A stretch of 64,000 nucleotides of DNA, taken from the NCBI RefSeq assembly GCF_006345805.1, contig NC_043010.1:14074001-14138000 (forward strand). Reading direction: 5' to 3'. The DNA comes from Octopus sinensis. Its lineage: Eukaryota. The position numbers were made by a program, and so were the translations under genes. The notes under the pieces were generated by a model, which searched no databases, had not been told where the DNA came from, and was given only the letters and a program-made list of their open reading frames with translations. Below, piece after piece: positions 41,201-49,299 of the stretch. How positions within the stretch are numbered: the stretch's first letter is position 1; each line of letters begins with the position of its first letter.

Positions 41201-41883
41201 CGCCACCTGACTGGCATCCGTGTCGGTGACACATAAAAAGCGCCAACCGATCGTAGCCGTTTTCCAGCCTCCTCTGGCCCTTGCGCCAGTGGCACGTAAA
41301 AAACACCCACTACACTCACGGAGTGGTTGGCGTTAGGAAGGGCATCCAGCTGTAGAAACACTGCCAGATCAGACTGGAGCCTGGTGCAGCCTCCTGGCTT
41401 TCCAGACCCCGGTCGAACCGTCCAACCCATGCTAGGAATGAGAACGGACGTTAAACGACGACAATGATGATGATGATGATACAAGCATTGTAGACCACAT
41501 CCTAAATAAGTTCACCTGACTAACTGGTATCATGTTGTTCACCCAACGCACTCCAACTTTTGATCTTTCACTGTTGTGCTGTCCCCTGTTTCTCCTTGTC
41601 CTATTGCTTCCACAGTGACCTCTATTCCTTAGTGCTAGGTGTTCTTTTATCACTCTCATTCAAGCACCCCAGGCTTACTCATCTTTTGCTCTCTCTCTTT
41701 CCTGTGCCCAATCCCAGCACCTTGACTAACCCTTAAACTTGGTCCCTGATCCCATAACATATATAATATATATTTGTCTATAGTTCTGTATTGGTAGCTT
41801 ATCTTTGAGCAAAATGTAAAGTTTTTATTAATAGTCCCGTCCATCAGTGACGGAAGGGTTAAAAACTCAATGATGTCAAGCTG

Positions 41884-41916
<33 letters not shown>

Positions 41917-44900
41917 GGGGCTTTTAATAAAACCTTAACATGTTACCCACAGATAAACTACTATTACAGAACACACACACATACAGGGGTTGGACAAAAT
42001 AACGCAAACACCTTAAATTTTCAAACAAATTTATCTCAGTATAGGGTAGGATCGCCTTTATCAGTAATTACAGCTTGAATTCTATGAGGTATGGACTTGT
42101 ACAAAGTTTAAATTGTTTCCAAAGGAATTTTTGTCCATTCTTCAGCTAAAACAGTCTCCAGTTCTTGTATTGATGATGGTGGAAGATATCGACTCCTTAC
42201 TTGTTTTTCTAAAATGCACCATAAATGTTCAATAATATTGAGATCTGGGGACTGTGGTGGCCAGATAAGATGTTCAACTTCACTAGAATGTTCCTCATGC
42301 CATTCAGTAACAAATTTAGCTGTGTGAATTGGTACATTATCATCCTGAAAGATTGTGTTTCCCTCTGGAAACAGTTCAGCAACCATAGGATGAATTTGAT
42401 CAGATAAAACGCTTTTATTAGATAAAATGACTATTAATTCTGCCATGAAAGGAAACCATTGGGCTGGCAGATTTCTAAGTTATAGCCCCCCCCCCTCAGA
42501 TCATCCCAGGTCCTCCTCCATGTTTAACTGTTGGAAGAAGGCAGTCTGGGTCAAATGCTTCCTTTGGCTGTTTCCACACATAATCTGTCAGTGGTCAGAA
42601 ATAAGGTAAAGGAAGACTCGTCCGAGAAAATAAAATTTTCCCACTGCTCTAGGGACCAATTCTATAGGTTTTTACTCCACTCTAAACACTTTGCAACATT
42701 TGTTTTTGTAAGAAGTGGTTTTCTGATTGCAACCCTGCTGTGAAATCTGGCTTTGTGCAGCTTCCGGCAAACAGATTTTGTGGAAACAGGGTTCTCGAGG
42801 TGGTCATTAAGGTCTGCAGTAACTTTGGGAGTTGTACTTTTGTGATCCTTTCTAACAATTCACATAAGAGTCCAACAGTCCCTATCCAAAAGTTTTGGTT
42901 TTCTTCTGGACTTTGTTTTGACGAGGAGGTTTTTTTCCCTCTTTCTCAAAGGCTGTCATTACTTTTGAGACAGTACTTCTTGATACACCAAACATTTTGG
43001 CTGTTTTCGTTACGCTAGCACCAACTATTTGACCTCTTTGAAAGTTCGATGGATCTGTCACCTTTATGAATTTTAATTACCTTTTTCTGATGATATCTGA
43101 AAAGAAACGGTAATTTTAGCAAAACATATTAAGCAACACTAATAATAAATCAAAAAACATAAAAATAAACAAGCTTTTGACGGTTTTATAGATATTTCAA
43201 AATTATGATGCTATGATGCTAGGTGTTTCCATTATTTTGTCCAACCCCTGTATGTTCCGCCCATCTAGCAACAAGGGTGACATAATTTACAACAATGCAA
43301 GGAAGCACATTGTAATCAGCGGTGTACAACATTCAGTAACACAGTGAGGTTTATGTATAGGTATATTTAAATTTATGCAAATTTGCAATCATCTCCAGTA
43401 CTAATGTTTGTTGTTGTTGCTGTTGTTGTTTCAGAAGAGAAGTTTATGACAAGTCTCCACAATAACGCCAAGGAGAGGGCACAGCGTAATCTCACAAAAT
43501 GTAGTAAGTACAATTCTCTGCAAATTACCAAAAAAAAACAGATAATTTTGTATGTCTTCATAATATATGTTGTTTTCATACGGCTGTAAAAAAATCTGCT
43601 TTGATAAACTCTACCCTACCTATGCAAGCATAGAAAAGTGAATGTTAAAAGGGATCTTTTCGGTTTGAACGGCAGTTTTTTTTTTTCTAGCGGTGTCATA
43701 TGAAATTGTCACCCATAATTATGACCCTAGTATCGATCTATTGCATTTCAATCTGTTTTAGGGTTAGGGTTAGGGGTGGGGGGAAGGGTATCTTTCTTTT
43801 TCTTCCCAAATGTAAATAAACCCAATCTGTTTCTTAAACGAGGGACATATTCATACGGCACAGAATGTTTTTTTTACCTCAATGGACGTCATTGATTGGT
43901 TGAAATTGCAGAAATTGAAGAAGAAAAAAACAACAAATATCTTACAAACTATAGAATTTTCTCAATAAAGCCAAGAAAAAAAGATGTTTTATAAGCACAT
44001 TCTACCAGTATACGAAGTTTAAAAGTGTTTAGTTACCTAGAAATTATGTTAAAAACTGCCGTTCAAACCGAAAAGATCCTGTTAAAATGATATACACACA
44101 TGTATATATGTGTGTATGTCTTAGGTGCATCTATGTGTACATAAAAGCTAAAATTCTAGAGAGTGTTACATATTTTTACCGTTCCATTAATGGGTTGTAA
44201 TTTTAGTTACTTAGTTATACCCTGTCTAGTACTGTGAAGCCCAGCTTATAGAGATTAATGCTGAGTTTGAGTTAGTTTACATACTGAAGGACTCACAGAT
44301 GTAAATTTAAAGTTACAGTTTAGCTTTAGTATACACAAATTTTTCATTATTTGGCCATTGATATTTTCTTATATTTTCAACACTAGCACCGTGACCCGGT
44401 GTTGCCGGGTCATGGTGCTAGTGCATGCATATACAGCTGCGTGCATGCGTGCACAGATACACGCGAGTACTGTCCAAATCTCCGACCAATCACATACAGC
44501 TAGCTGGCATTCAATTGGCATATCAAGTTTTGGGCATTTTGATTGGGTTTTGGATAGAAAATTCACAAAAAAGTCACTTCTATTGATATTTTAATTGTTT
44601 TGCGGGGCGTTTGGGGAAATGTAAAGATGTGCACGACTACCCTTGGACGGTTTTGAATGACCATAGAAAGTGCGAGCCCTCCAACTGAAAAATTGTGGAT
44701 TTGTATAAAGGACACACACAGACATTTTGCCATTTATATATATAGAGAGATTATGTCTGCTTGGCAACTGAATTCTGTTATTTTGTGCCGATACAGCAAC
44801 ACATAAAAGTGTCCATGTAGCGTCACGTAAAAGCACTCATGTGGCATCACATAAAGTGCTCATGTGGTGTCACGTACAAGCACCCATGTGGTGCCAGCTG

Positions 44901-46528
44901 TAGAAACGATGCCAAATCAGTCTGAAGTCTGGTGCAGCCCTCCAGCTTGCCAGCTCTGGTTATACCTATTTCTTTACTACCCACAAGGGGCTAAACACAG
45001 AGGGGACAGACAAGGACAGACGAAATACCTATTTCTATTTCTTTACTACCCACAAGGGGATAAACACAGAGGGGACAGACGAATGGATTAAGTCGATTAC
45101 ATCGACCCCAGTGCGTAACTGATACTTATTTAATCGACCCCGAAAGGATGAAAGGCAAAGTCGACCTTGACAGAATTTGAACTCAAAATGTAGCGGCAGA
45201 CGAAATACAGCTAAACATTTCGCCTGGTGTGCTAACATATCTGCCAGCTCATCGCCTTATGGTTATACCATCCAACCTATGCCAGCATGGACAAGAGACA
45301 TTAAATGATAATGATGATGATGTATAGTCTGTCTCTCTTCTGTGTCTCAGATCATTGTCTGGTCTGTTTGTGCCTACATTTCAGAGGGGTTTTTACAATA
45401 GATATATAGGCTCATTTTCTATCTCTGTGTGCAGTACCTTAGGCAAGTATCTTCTACTATACCCCTGGATTGACCGATGCCTTGTGAGTGAATTTGGTAG
45501 ATAGGGACTGTATGGAAGCCAGTCGTATGTGTGTGTCCCTGTAACTTAGCAATTTGGTAAAAGTAACTGATGGAGCCAATTTCTTTGACCTGTAGAGGCA
45601 CATGGCCTAGTGGTTAGAGCAGCGGACTCGCAGTCAAGGGACCGTGGGTTCGAATCTCAGACCGGGTGATGTGTGTGTTTATGAGTGAAACACCTAAGCT
45701 CCACGCGGCTCTGGCAGAAGGTAATGGTCAACTTCTGCTGACTCTTTTGCCACAACTTTCTCTCACTCTTTCCTCCTGCATCTTGCAGCTCACCTGCGAT
45801 GGACTGGCGTCCCGTCTAGGTGGGGAACCTATACGCCAAGGAAACCGGGAGCCAGGTGTGGCTCGAGAAGGAGAAGGAATTTCTTTGATTAAACCTTTCA
45901 AGGTAGTGCCTCAGCATGACTGCCCACCTGTGATTGAAACAAGTAAACGAGGAAAAATATATATTTTTATGTATACTGTTGCTTATTATATTACTGTTAT
46001 TGGTGCAGGTGGCTCTGGCTTTCCGCATCTGGCGTTTCTGTTCTGCTGACTGAATCCGTCTCTCCTCGGCTGTCTTTGCTCCTGTGGTGATTGCGCTGCG
46101 CCAGGATGAGCGGTCGGCAGCAAGTGTCTCCCAAATCTCTGTGCAATTCCACCAAATGTCAATGGTCATCTTCGAACCTGAAGGACGAACATTATTATTA
46201 TTATATATATTACCGTTAATAAAAGAAGTATTTTGATGTATTGTTATGTTGTAGCTATCATTATTGTTGTTATCACCACCACCACCCTCAACAACAATAA
46301 CAACAACATCATTTTGCATTATATTTCTTTTTTATCATTGTAGGCGAGTCGGCTGCACAAGAAACCCTGAAGAATGCAGTGAGGGCGTTACACGATCTCC
46401 GCATTATCACGACTTACCATCGCGATGGCGATAAGAATAACCCCAAGCTTGTGAGCCTGTTGTGGGAAAACGACGTAAGGCAGCGACTCTATGACCTCAT
46501 CGACCTGCTCGAACACATGCGCGAATGA
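180..46528 (+). CDS. GPAM: Glycerol-3-phosphate acyltransferase 1, mitochondrial type; spliced gene span, 22 coding exons, 2589 nt CDS, ~862 aa
   Basis: Hand-joined exons give one open frame with GT-AG junctions and matching phases. Acyltransferase motifs I-IV are present: [34 protein letters not shown]. Collinear similarity to vertebrate GPAM as I recall it (RPFVGRCC-like, QPFSLKE, DLGFSG, ESA..KNAV segments). Confidence 0.95.
540..3690 (+). mobile_element. Head-to-tail array of tRNA-derived SINE copies (family A) with (ATT)n tails
   Basis: Repeated modules GCTGGCAGAA..TTAGC (A-box-like), CTGAGTTCAAAT (B-box-like), CTTTCATCCTTT.GGGGTCGATAAA.TAAGTACCAG and CAGGCCTTGTGCC, each followed by (ATT)n. 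Confidence 0.85.
601..1090. repeat. Tandem repeat, 112-bp unit x ~4, made from SINE A pieces
   Basis: GCAGCATGCTGGG starts at 693, 805, 917, 1029 (period 112). Confidence 0.9.
5117..5320 (+). mobile_element. Penelope-like pLTR-type repeat fragment with 26-bp inverted ends
   Basis: ATTTGACGGATATTTGTCCTCATCTT (5117-5142) and AAGACGAGGACAAATATCTGTCAAAT (5295-5320) are inverted; the element contains a hammerhead-like core. Confidence 0.55.
5239..5284 (+). ncRNA. Minimal type-I hammerhead ribozyme-like motif
   Basis: AACAC-CUGAUGA-A-GGCUG-loop-CAGCC-GAAA-UG-UU-GUGUU: 5-bp helix I, 5-bp helix II. Confidence 0.6.
7490..7835 (+). mobile_element. SINE family C (3' (ATG)n tail). Other copies ~5340-5558(+), 20130-20510(-), 23716-24535(-), 27835-28120(-), 32660-32898(+), 41190-41478(+), 56110-56405(+)
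   Basis: Shared GTAAAAAGCACCCACTACACTC..GGAGTGGTTGGCGTTAGGAAGGGCATCCAGC..GTCCAACCCATGCTAGCATGGAAAGCGGACGTTAAA(TGA)n. Confidence 0.85.
8060..8408 (-). mobile_element. tRNA-derived SINE (CORE/MIR-like body). Related copies ~14770-15080(-), 38752-38960(+), 59954-60195(+)
   Basis: The minus strand starts with a tRNA-like head (GGCGCATGGCTCAGTGGTTGG..GTTCGAATCCC-like), followed by GAGCAAGACACTTTATTTCACATTGCTCCAGTTCACTCAGCTG. Confidence 0.75.
8877..8990 (+). CDS. GPAM: GPAT coding exon 2 (LNVDFLANF...[15 protein letters not shown])
   Basis: ttcctttgcag acceptor, CGG|gtacgt donor, 114 nt. [15 protein letters not shown] resembles GPAM RPFVGRCCYSCTPQS. Confidence 0.85.
9237..9279 (-). ncRNA. Minimal type-I hammerhead ribozyme motif (- arm of palindrome)
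   Basis: Exact reverse complement of 9317-9359. Confidence 0.7.
9317..9359 (+). ncRNA. Minimal type-I hammerhead ribozyme motif (+ arm of palindrome)
   Basis: CCAC-CUGAAGA-UUGUC-gaucaa-GACAA-GAAAC-gauu-GUA-GUGG: full catalytic core, GUA cleavage triplet, helix I CCAC/GUGG. Confidence 0.7.
9655..9852. mobile_element. hAT-type MITE, 198 bp
   Basis: TIRs CAGTGGTTCCCAAACT / AGTTTGGGAACCACTG; perfect 8-bp TSD CTCCACAG on both sides. Confidence 0.9.
10480..10950 (+). mobile_element. CR1/L2-type LINE 3' fragment (decayed ORF2 C-terminus)
   Basis: [40 protein letters not shown]...LRGHSEKL, then VADPWNKLP; contains an in-frame stop. Confidence 0.85.
11207..11427. mobile_element. TTAA-flanked piggyBac-type MITE, ~221 bp (family F). 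Also 18336-18553, 23265-23485, 53305-53525 (reverse), 59461-59681
   Basis: TTAA|CCCTTTCGTTAC ... GTAACGAAAGGG|TTAA and conserved interiors in five copies. Confidence 0.88.
12186..12596. repeat. Tandem triplication, 128-bp unit, overlapping GPAT exon 3 acceptor
   Basis: TTCTGTCTTCTTTAG|AAAAATATTACCTCAGAAAAT occurs with the AG ending at 12319, 12447 and 12575. Confidence 0.93.
12576..12646 (+). CDS. GPAM: GPAT coding exon 3 ([23 protein letters not shown])
   Basis: ttctgtcttctttag acceptor, AG|gtaagt donor, 71 nt, phase 0 to 2. Confidence 0.85.
12835..13248 (+). mobile_element. tRNA-derived SINE family B. Other copies ~20980-21355(-), 31615-32038(-), 37813-38076(+), 38279-38667(-), 48851-49296(+), 55608-55958(+), 56686-57070(-), 61381-61790(+)
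   Basis: GGAGTGGCTGTGTGGTAAG..GGTTCAGTCCCACTGCG head, internal (TA)n, CAGCATGGCCGCAGTCAAATGACTGAAACAAGTAAAAGAG tail. Confidence 0.9.
13476..13583 (+). CDS. GPAM: GPAT coding exon 4 ([36 protein letters not shown])
   Basis: ttctgtttcag acceptor, AG|gtgagt donor, 108 nt, phase 2 to 2. Confidence 0.88.
14203..14246 (+). CDS. GPAM: GPAT coding exon 5 ([15 protein letters not shown])
   Basis: tttttctccag acceptor, A|gtaagt donor, 44 nt. Matches GPAM SSRVQEAI. Confidence 0.88.
15633..15735 (+). CDS. GPAM: GPAT coding exon 6 ([34 protein letters not shown])
   Basis: ttttgtag acceptor, AG|gtgagt donor, 103 nt. Aligns with GPAM KKKAKRILQEM. Confidence 0.88.
17290..17880. repeat. Minisatellite, 31-33-bp unit CTGGTTAACCATCAATCAGTATTCTAGTGACCT, roughly 17 copies
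   Basis: Direct reading; homogeneous core with degenerate flanks. The ORF track shows the 11-aa periodicity. Confidence 0.92.
17951..18047 (+). CDS. GPAM: GPAT coding exon 7 ([33 protein letters not shown])
   Basis: ttttcctcttgcag acceptor, CAG|gtaagt donor, 97 nt. Aligns with GPAM GWVLLKLF..IQIHKGQL. Confidence 0.9.
18900..19260. repeat. Tandem repeat, 109-bp unit x3, derived from SINE C
   Basis: AAGCACC at 18912, 19021, 19130. Confidence 0.85.
19385..19797 (+). mobile_element. CR1-type LINE 3' end (second family). Also 25222-25545(-) and 53938-54279(+)
   Basis: [34 protein letters not shown], followed by a shared 3' UTR and (TTA)n tail in all three copies. Confidence 0.88.
20817..20953 (+). 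CDS. GPAM: GPAT coding exon 8, motif I ([17 protein letters not shown]...[13 protein letters not shown])
   Basis: ttctcttgcag acceptor, GG|gtttgt donor, 137 nt, HxxxxD catalytic motif. Confidence 0.95.
22003..22096 (+). CDS. GPAM: GPAT coding exon 9, motif II ([31 protein letters not shown])
   Basis: tttgcgtttcag acceptor, TCA|gtaagt donor, 94 nt. Confidence 0.95.
22773..22902 (+). CDS. GPAM: GPAT coding exon 10, motif III ([25 protein letters not shown]...DSFLQ)
   Basis: atatttag acceptor, A|gtgagt donor, 130 nt. Confidence 0.95.
23920..24535. repeat. Minisatellite, 62-64-bp unit x10, expanded inside a SINE C copy
   Basis: TC(G/A)G(A/G)TGGT at 23941, 24004, 24067, 24130, 24194, 24256, 24319, 24383, 24446, 24510. 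Confidence 0.92.
24805..25169 (+). mobile_element. Non-autonomous Helitron-type element family 1. Also 26996-27363(+) and 44383-44750(-)
   Basis: 5' A|TC(TA)n start, subterminal hairpin GACCCGG-CGTTG-CC(A/G)GGTC, 3' CTAG|T end (TTAG in this copy), no TSD. Confidence 0.8.
25706..25788 (+). CDS. GPAM: GPAT coding exon 11, motif IV ([27 protein letters not shown])
   Basis: ctgttttcag acceptor, ATG|gtaagg donor, 83 nt. Confidence 0.95.
28265..28378 (+). CDS. GPAM: GPAT coding exon 12 ([11 protein letters not shown]...EFPQPFSLK)
   Basis: tctacacag acceptor, AAG|gtaacc donor, 114 nt. Matches GPAM GKPKKNESLW...QPFSLK. Confidence 0.95.
29322..29517 (+). CDS. GPAM: GPAT coding exon 13 (EFIESYN...[13 protein letters not shown])
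   Basis: tttacttcag acceptor, A|gtgagt donor, 196 nt. LAEHI matches GPAM. Confidence 0.92.
29640..29948 (-). mobile_element. Non-autonomous Helitron-type element family 2. Second copy 30587-30943(-)
   Basis: The minus strand begins TCTTTATATATAAAAC and ends CCCGAGCAACGCCGGGCGATACTGCTAG|T (hairpin + CTAG). Confidence 0.75.
30073..30143 (+). CDS. GPAM: GPAT coding exon 14 ([23 protein letters not shown])
   Basis: ttttccgcag acceptor, CAG|gtaagc donor, 71 nt. Matches GPAM IMSTHIVACLLLYRHRQ. Confidence 0.93.
32380..32525 (+). CDS. GPAM: GPAT coding exon 15 ([11 protein letters not shown]...[12 protein letters not shown]...VLK)
   Basis: ttactacag acceptor, AG|gtaaat donor, 146 nt. Matches GPAM DLGFSGNSEDVV. 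Confidence 0.93.
34174..34292 (+). CDS. GPAM: GPAT coding exon 16 ([39 protein letters not shown])
   Basis: cacttgcag acceptor, G|gtaagt donor, 119 nt. Matches GPAM PSVFEL..Y...VFIMEAII. Confidence 0.92.
35670..35896 (+). mobile_element. Near full-length SINE family A. Also ~6102-6337(+), 22218-22632(-, two copies), 26236-26525(-), 39220-39423(-), 44965-45255(-), 49733-49965(+), 54683-54897(+), 57249-57470(+)
   Basis: GAGCTGGCAGAAACGTTAGCACG..CTGAGTTCAAATTCCGCCGAGGTCGAC..CCCCTTGTGGGTAGTAAAGAAATAGG. Confidence 0.9.
36061..36209 (+). CDS. GPAM: GPAT coding exon 17 ([11 protein letters not shown]...[13 protein letters not shown])
   Basis: atctatgcag acceptor, CTG|gtaagt donor, 149 nt, open in the required phase. 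Confidence 0.88.
37254..37337 (+). CDS. GPAM: GPAT coding exon 18 ([28 protein letters not shown])
   Basis: ttttattctacag acceptor, GAG|gtgaga donor, 84 nt, phase 0. Confidence 0.88.
39875..39961 (+). CDS. GPAM: GPAT coding exon 19 ([29 protein letters not shown])
   Basis: ttctgcttcag acceptor, ATG|gtacgt donor, 87 nt. The acidic patch lies where GPAM has DEEDEDSDF. Confidence 0.82.
40137..40716. mobile_element. Long-TIR non-autonomous DNA element (157-bp TIRs, TGT...ACA ends, 4-bp TSD CTCA), Ginger-like
   Basis: 40137-40293 and 40560-40716 are reverse complements with few mismatches; CTCA lies directly outside both ends. Confidence 0.75.
41024..41150 (+). CDS. GPAM: GPAT coding exon 20 ([26 protein letters not shown]...DSDME)
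   Basis: tttgtcctgcag acceptor, G|gtatgt donor, 127 nt. Matches GPAM FLQRLLGPLLEAY. Confidence 0.9.
41984..43250 (-). mobile_element. Tc1-like DNA transposon copy 1, decayed transposase, DD36E spacing
   Basis: TA|CAGGGGTTGGACAAAATAA TIRs, TA TSD; FQDDNVPIH...[15 protein letters not shown] on the minus strand; frameshifts and stops elsewhere. Confidence 0.92.
43435..43503 (+). CDS. GPAM: GPAT coding exon 21 ([23 protein letters not shown])
   Basis: ttgtttcag acceptor, A|gtaagt donor, 69 nt, phase 1 to 1. Confidence 0.85.
43652..44079. mobile_element. Mutator-type MITE carrying (TTAGGG)3. Truncated copies at ~21621-21943 and ~36489-36833
   Basis: TIRs GGATCTTTTCGGTTTGAACGGCAGTTTT; flanks TGTTAAAAG / TGTTAAAAT (8/9 identical, 9-bp-TSD-like). 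Confidence 0.75.
45995..46180 (-). mobile_element. RTE-clade LINE ORF C-terminal fragment
   Basis: [40 protein letters not shown] is typical of the RTE/BovB RT C-terminus. Confidence 0.8.
46344..46528 (+). CDS. GPAM: GPAT last coding exon 22 ([18 protein letters not shown]...LLEHMRE*)
   Basis: tttatcattgtag acceptor; ESA...KNAV matches the GPAM C-terminus; in-frame TGA at 46526-46528. Confidence 0.9.
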
Positions 46529-46655
46529 ACTGTGTGCACCAGTGCACCACTTACATACCAGCATCTCTTGTCTGCATTGCAGACGTAGACATAACACCTG
46601 TCTCCATTTGTAACTCTTTGCACCCATTACATATAGTAGTTTATTATTATTATTA

Positions 46656-46689
<34 letters not shown>

Positions 46690-46814
46690 CATCGTTGTGG
46701 TATTCTTGTTAATTCTTTTTAACTTAAATGGGTGCATGTTATACATTTGTGTATGTATATATGCATAGTTACTTTTTATGCATGTGTCCATGTTTATATA
46801 CACACACCCTAAAC

Positions 46815-46820
46815 CTTATT

Positions 46821-46853
<33 letters not shown>

Positions 46854-46866
46854 GTATGTATATATG

Positions 46867-46899
<33 letters not shown>

Positions 46900-47147
46900 G
46901 TATATATATGTATATATATGTATATATATATATATATATGTATATATATGTGTATATATATATATATGTGTATATATATATGTATATATATGTGTATATA
47001 TATATATATATGTATGTATATGTATATATATGTATGTATATGTATGTATATGTATATATATGTATGTATATGTATATATGTATGTATATGTATATGTATA
47101 TATATGTATGTATATATATATATATATATATGCACACATGTATATAA

Positions 47148-47185
<38 letters not shown>
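46815..47185. repeat. Compound (TA)n/(TG)n/(CA)n microsatellite in the putative GPAT 3' UTR
   Basis: Direct reading. Similar tracts occur at ~9457-9630, 15090-15250, 29563-29639, 31090-31435, 48250-48420. Confidence 0.95.
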
Positions 47186-47187
<2 letters not shown>

Positions 47188-47635
47188 GATTGTGGTTTTA
47201 ATGTATATGTTAACATGTATTAACATGTGTCATTGAGAGTATGTGTGAATGTGTATGCGTCTAAGAATATATACACATGTTCTGTGTGTGTGTGTGTATA
47301 AATAATGACTTGAATGTGTTGCATATTTGCATATGTATATGTTGATACAGTATATGTATACACACACATACACACTTTGTATATTATCTTAATTGTCTCA
47401 GCATATACACCGTACACTGTCTCTGTATATATCTAATCTTACATGTGTATCTCTGTACTACTTCTGTGTATGTATACATGCGTACGATCTGTATCTATAT
47501 GTACGTGCCATGCCTCGGACATGAACACAAGGAATTTGGTTTATATCCAGTAAAGACGCAACAGCCGACGAAGCATGTCATATTAAAGTAAGGGTGAACA
47601 GTTTTGGGGATGAGAGAGAGAGAGAAAGAAAGGGC

Positions 47636-47641
47636 AATAAA
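47636..47641 (+). promoter_or_regulatory. Candidate polyadenylation signal AATAAA for GPAT
   Basis: AATAAA about 1.1 kb after the stop; an ATTAAA is also present at 47582. No transcript evidence. Confidence 0.4.
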
Positions 47642-48249
47642 ATATCGTTGTATGATTATATATAAAGGTGTATAGCTGTATACAGTATGTGAAGGTGTGT
47701 GACCTTGTGGTTTGGGGTGTTTTCATCACAGTCATGAGATTGCTGTTTCAATTCCCAGACCAGTTCTGCATTGGGTTCTTGAGCAAAATGTTCCATTTCA
47801 CGTTGCCCCAGTCCACTCAGCTGTAAGTGAGCAACCCTGCAACGGAATGATGATTCAGAGGGAACATTCGCCTGCCTGTCTGCCTGCCTAGCTAGTCGGG
47901 TGGCATCATTCAAAAGCTAAAAGAATGCAAAGTGCATTGTGACCAGTGGAGTGTAACAGCATTCAACAACCTGGTTGTTACCATGATATATATATACATA
48001 CATATATATATATACACATACACACAGTGTGTGTATATTTGTATATGAAGAGTTGTATGTTTGAATAAGGTGTGTATGTACATGTGTGTATTTATGTATA
48101 CTTACTGTAAATAGATAACATGATATAAAATCAGTTTAAAGTGATGCAGAGTTTGTCCTGAAAAACTGCAGGAATAGAGGACCACGGTAAAAAACATAGG
48201 GGTTCCTTCTGCAGTATCACCAATTGTCGTGTGACTTGTAGGTTTACTT

Positions 48250-48295
<46 letters not shown>

Positions 48296-48351
48296 TACAT
48301 ATATACATACACATACATGCATACATACATATATATATATATTTTTATATA

Positions 48352-48399
<48 letters not shown>

Positions 48400-49003
48400 T
48401 ACATACATATATATGTATACTGGCACACATTATGTGCGTTTTGTATGAACAAGGCAGGTTTGTCAAAAATCATTTTTGTTGTTTTTGTTTTTCTTTTTGT
48501 GTTGTTGTTGTTTTTTTTCATTTTGTTGTCTTGACACACCATCAAAAGTGCAACACTAAACTGAATTCTGACCCAGTCTCCGTTCTTATGTGTAACAATT
48601 TGAACACTGCAACTTCGCATTTCCCTTTTATGAAAAACATATTTTCATGTTCAACCAAGAAGTCACCATCAGTTCTTCTTGACTGTTTAGCAATCCTAAT
48701 CCATAGTTTGTAATCCTGGTTTCAACTCTTACTTGAGATGTACTGTTCTACATTCACGGCCGTTAGAGCTCCATAGGTAATGCATGAACATTACATGTTA
48801 CCTATTTTGTGGTCTTGTGTCTAATAAGTAAGAAATTATTATTAATATTAGTGGCTGTGTGGTAAGTAGCTTGTTTGCCAACCACGTGGTTCCGGGTTCA
48901 GTCCCACTGCGTGGCACCTTGGGCAAGTGTCTTCTACTATAGCCTTGGGCCGACCAAAGCCTTGTGAGTGGATTTGGTAGACGGAAACTGAAAGAAGCTC
49001 GTC

Positions 49004-49085
<82 letters not shown>

Positions 49086-49299
49086 ATATGTTTGTGTGTC
49101 TGCGTTTGTCCCCCCAACATCGCTTGACAACCGATGCTGGTGTGTTTACATCCCCGTAACTTAGCGGTTCGGTAAAAGAGACCGATAGAATAAGTACTAG
49201 GCTTACAAAGAATAAGTCCCGGGGTCGATTTGCTTGACTAAAGGCAGTGCTCCAGCATGGCCACAGTCACATGACTGAAACAAGTAAAAAGTAAAAAAA

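Noticed and set aside
45595-45675. tRNA-like sequence (also heads at ~59070, 59954, 38752)
   Set aside because: Continues directly into a SINE body and the acceptor stem does not close; these are SINE heads, not tRNA genes.
46728-47236. Long Y/I/M/C/V/H/T-rich ORFs (also ~9410, 14989, 31009, 48131)
   Set aside because: Translations of (TA)n/(TG)n microsatellites.
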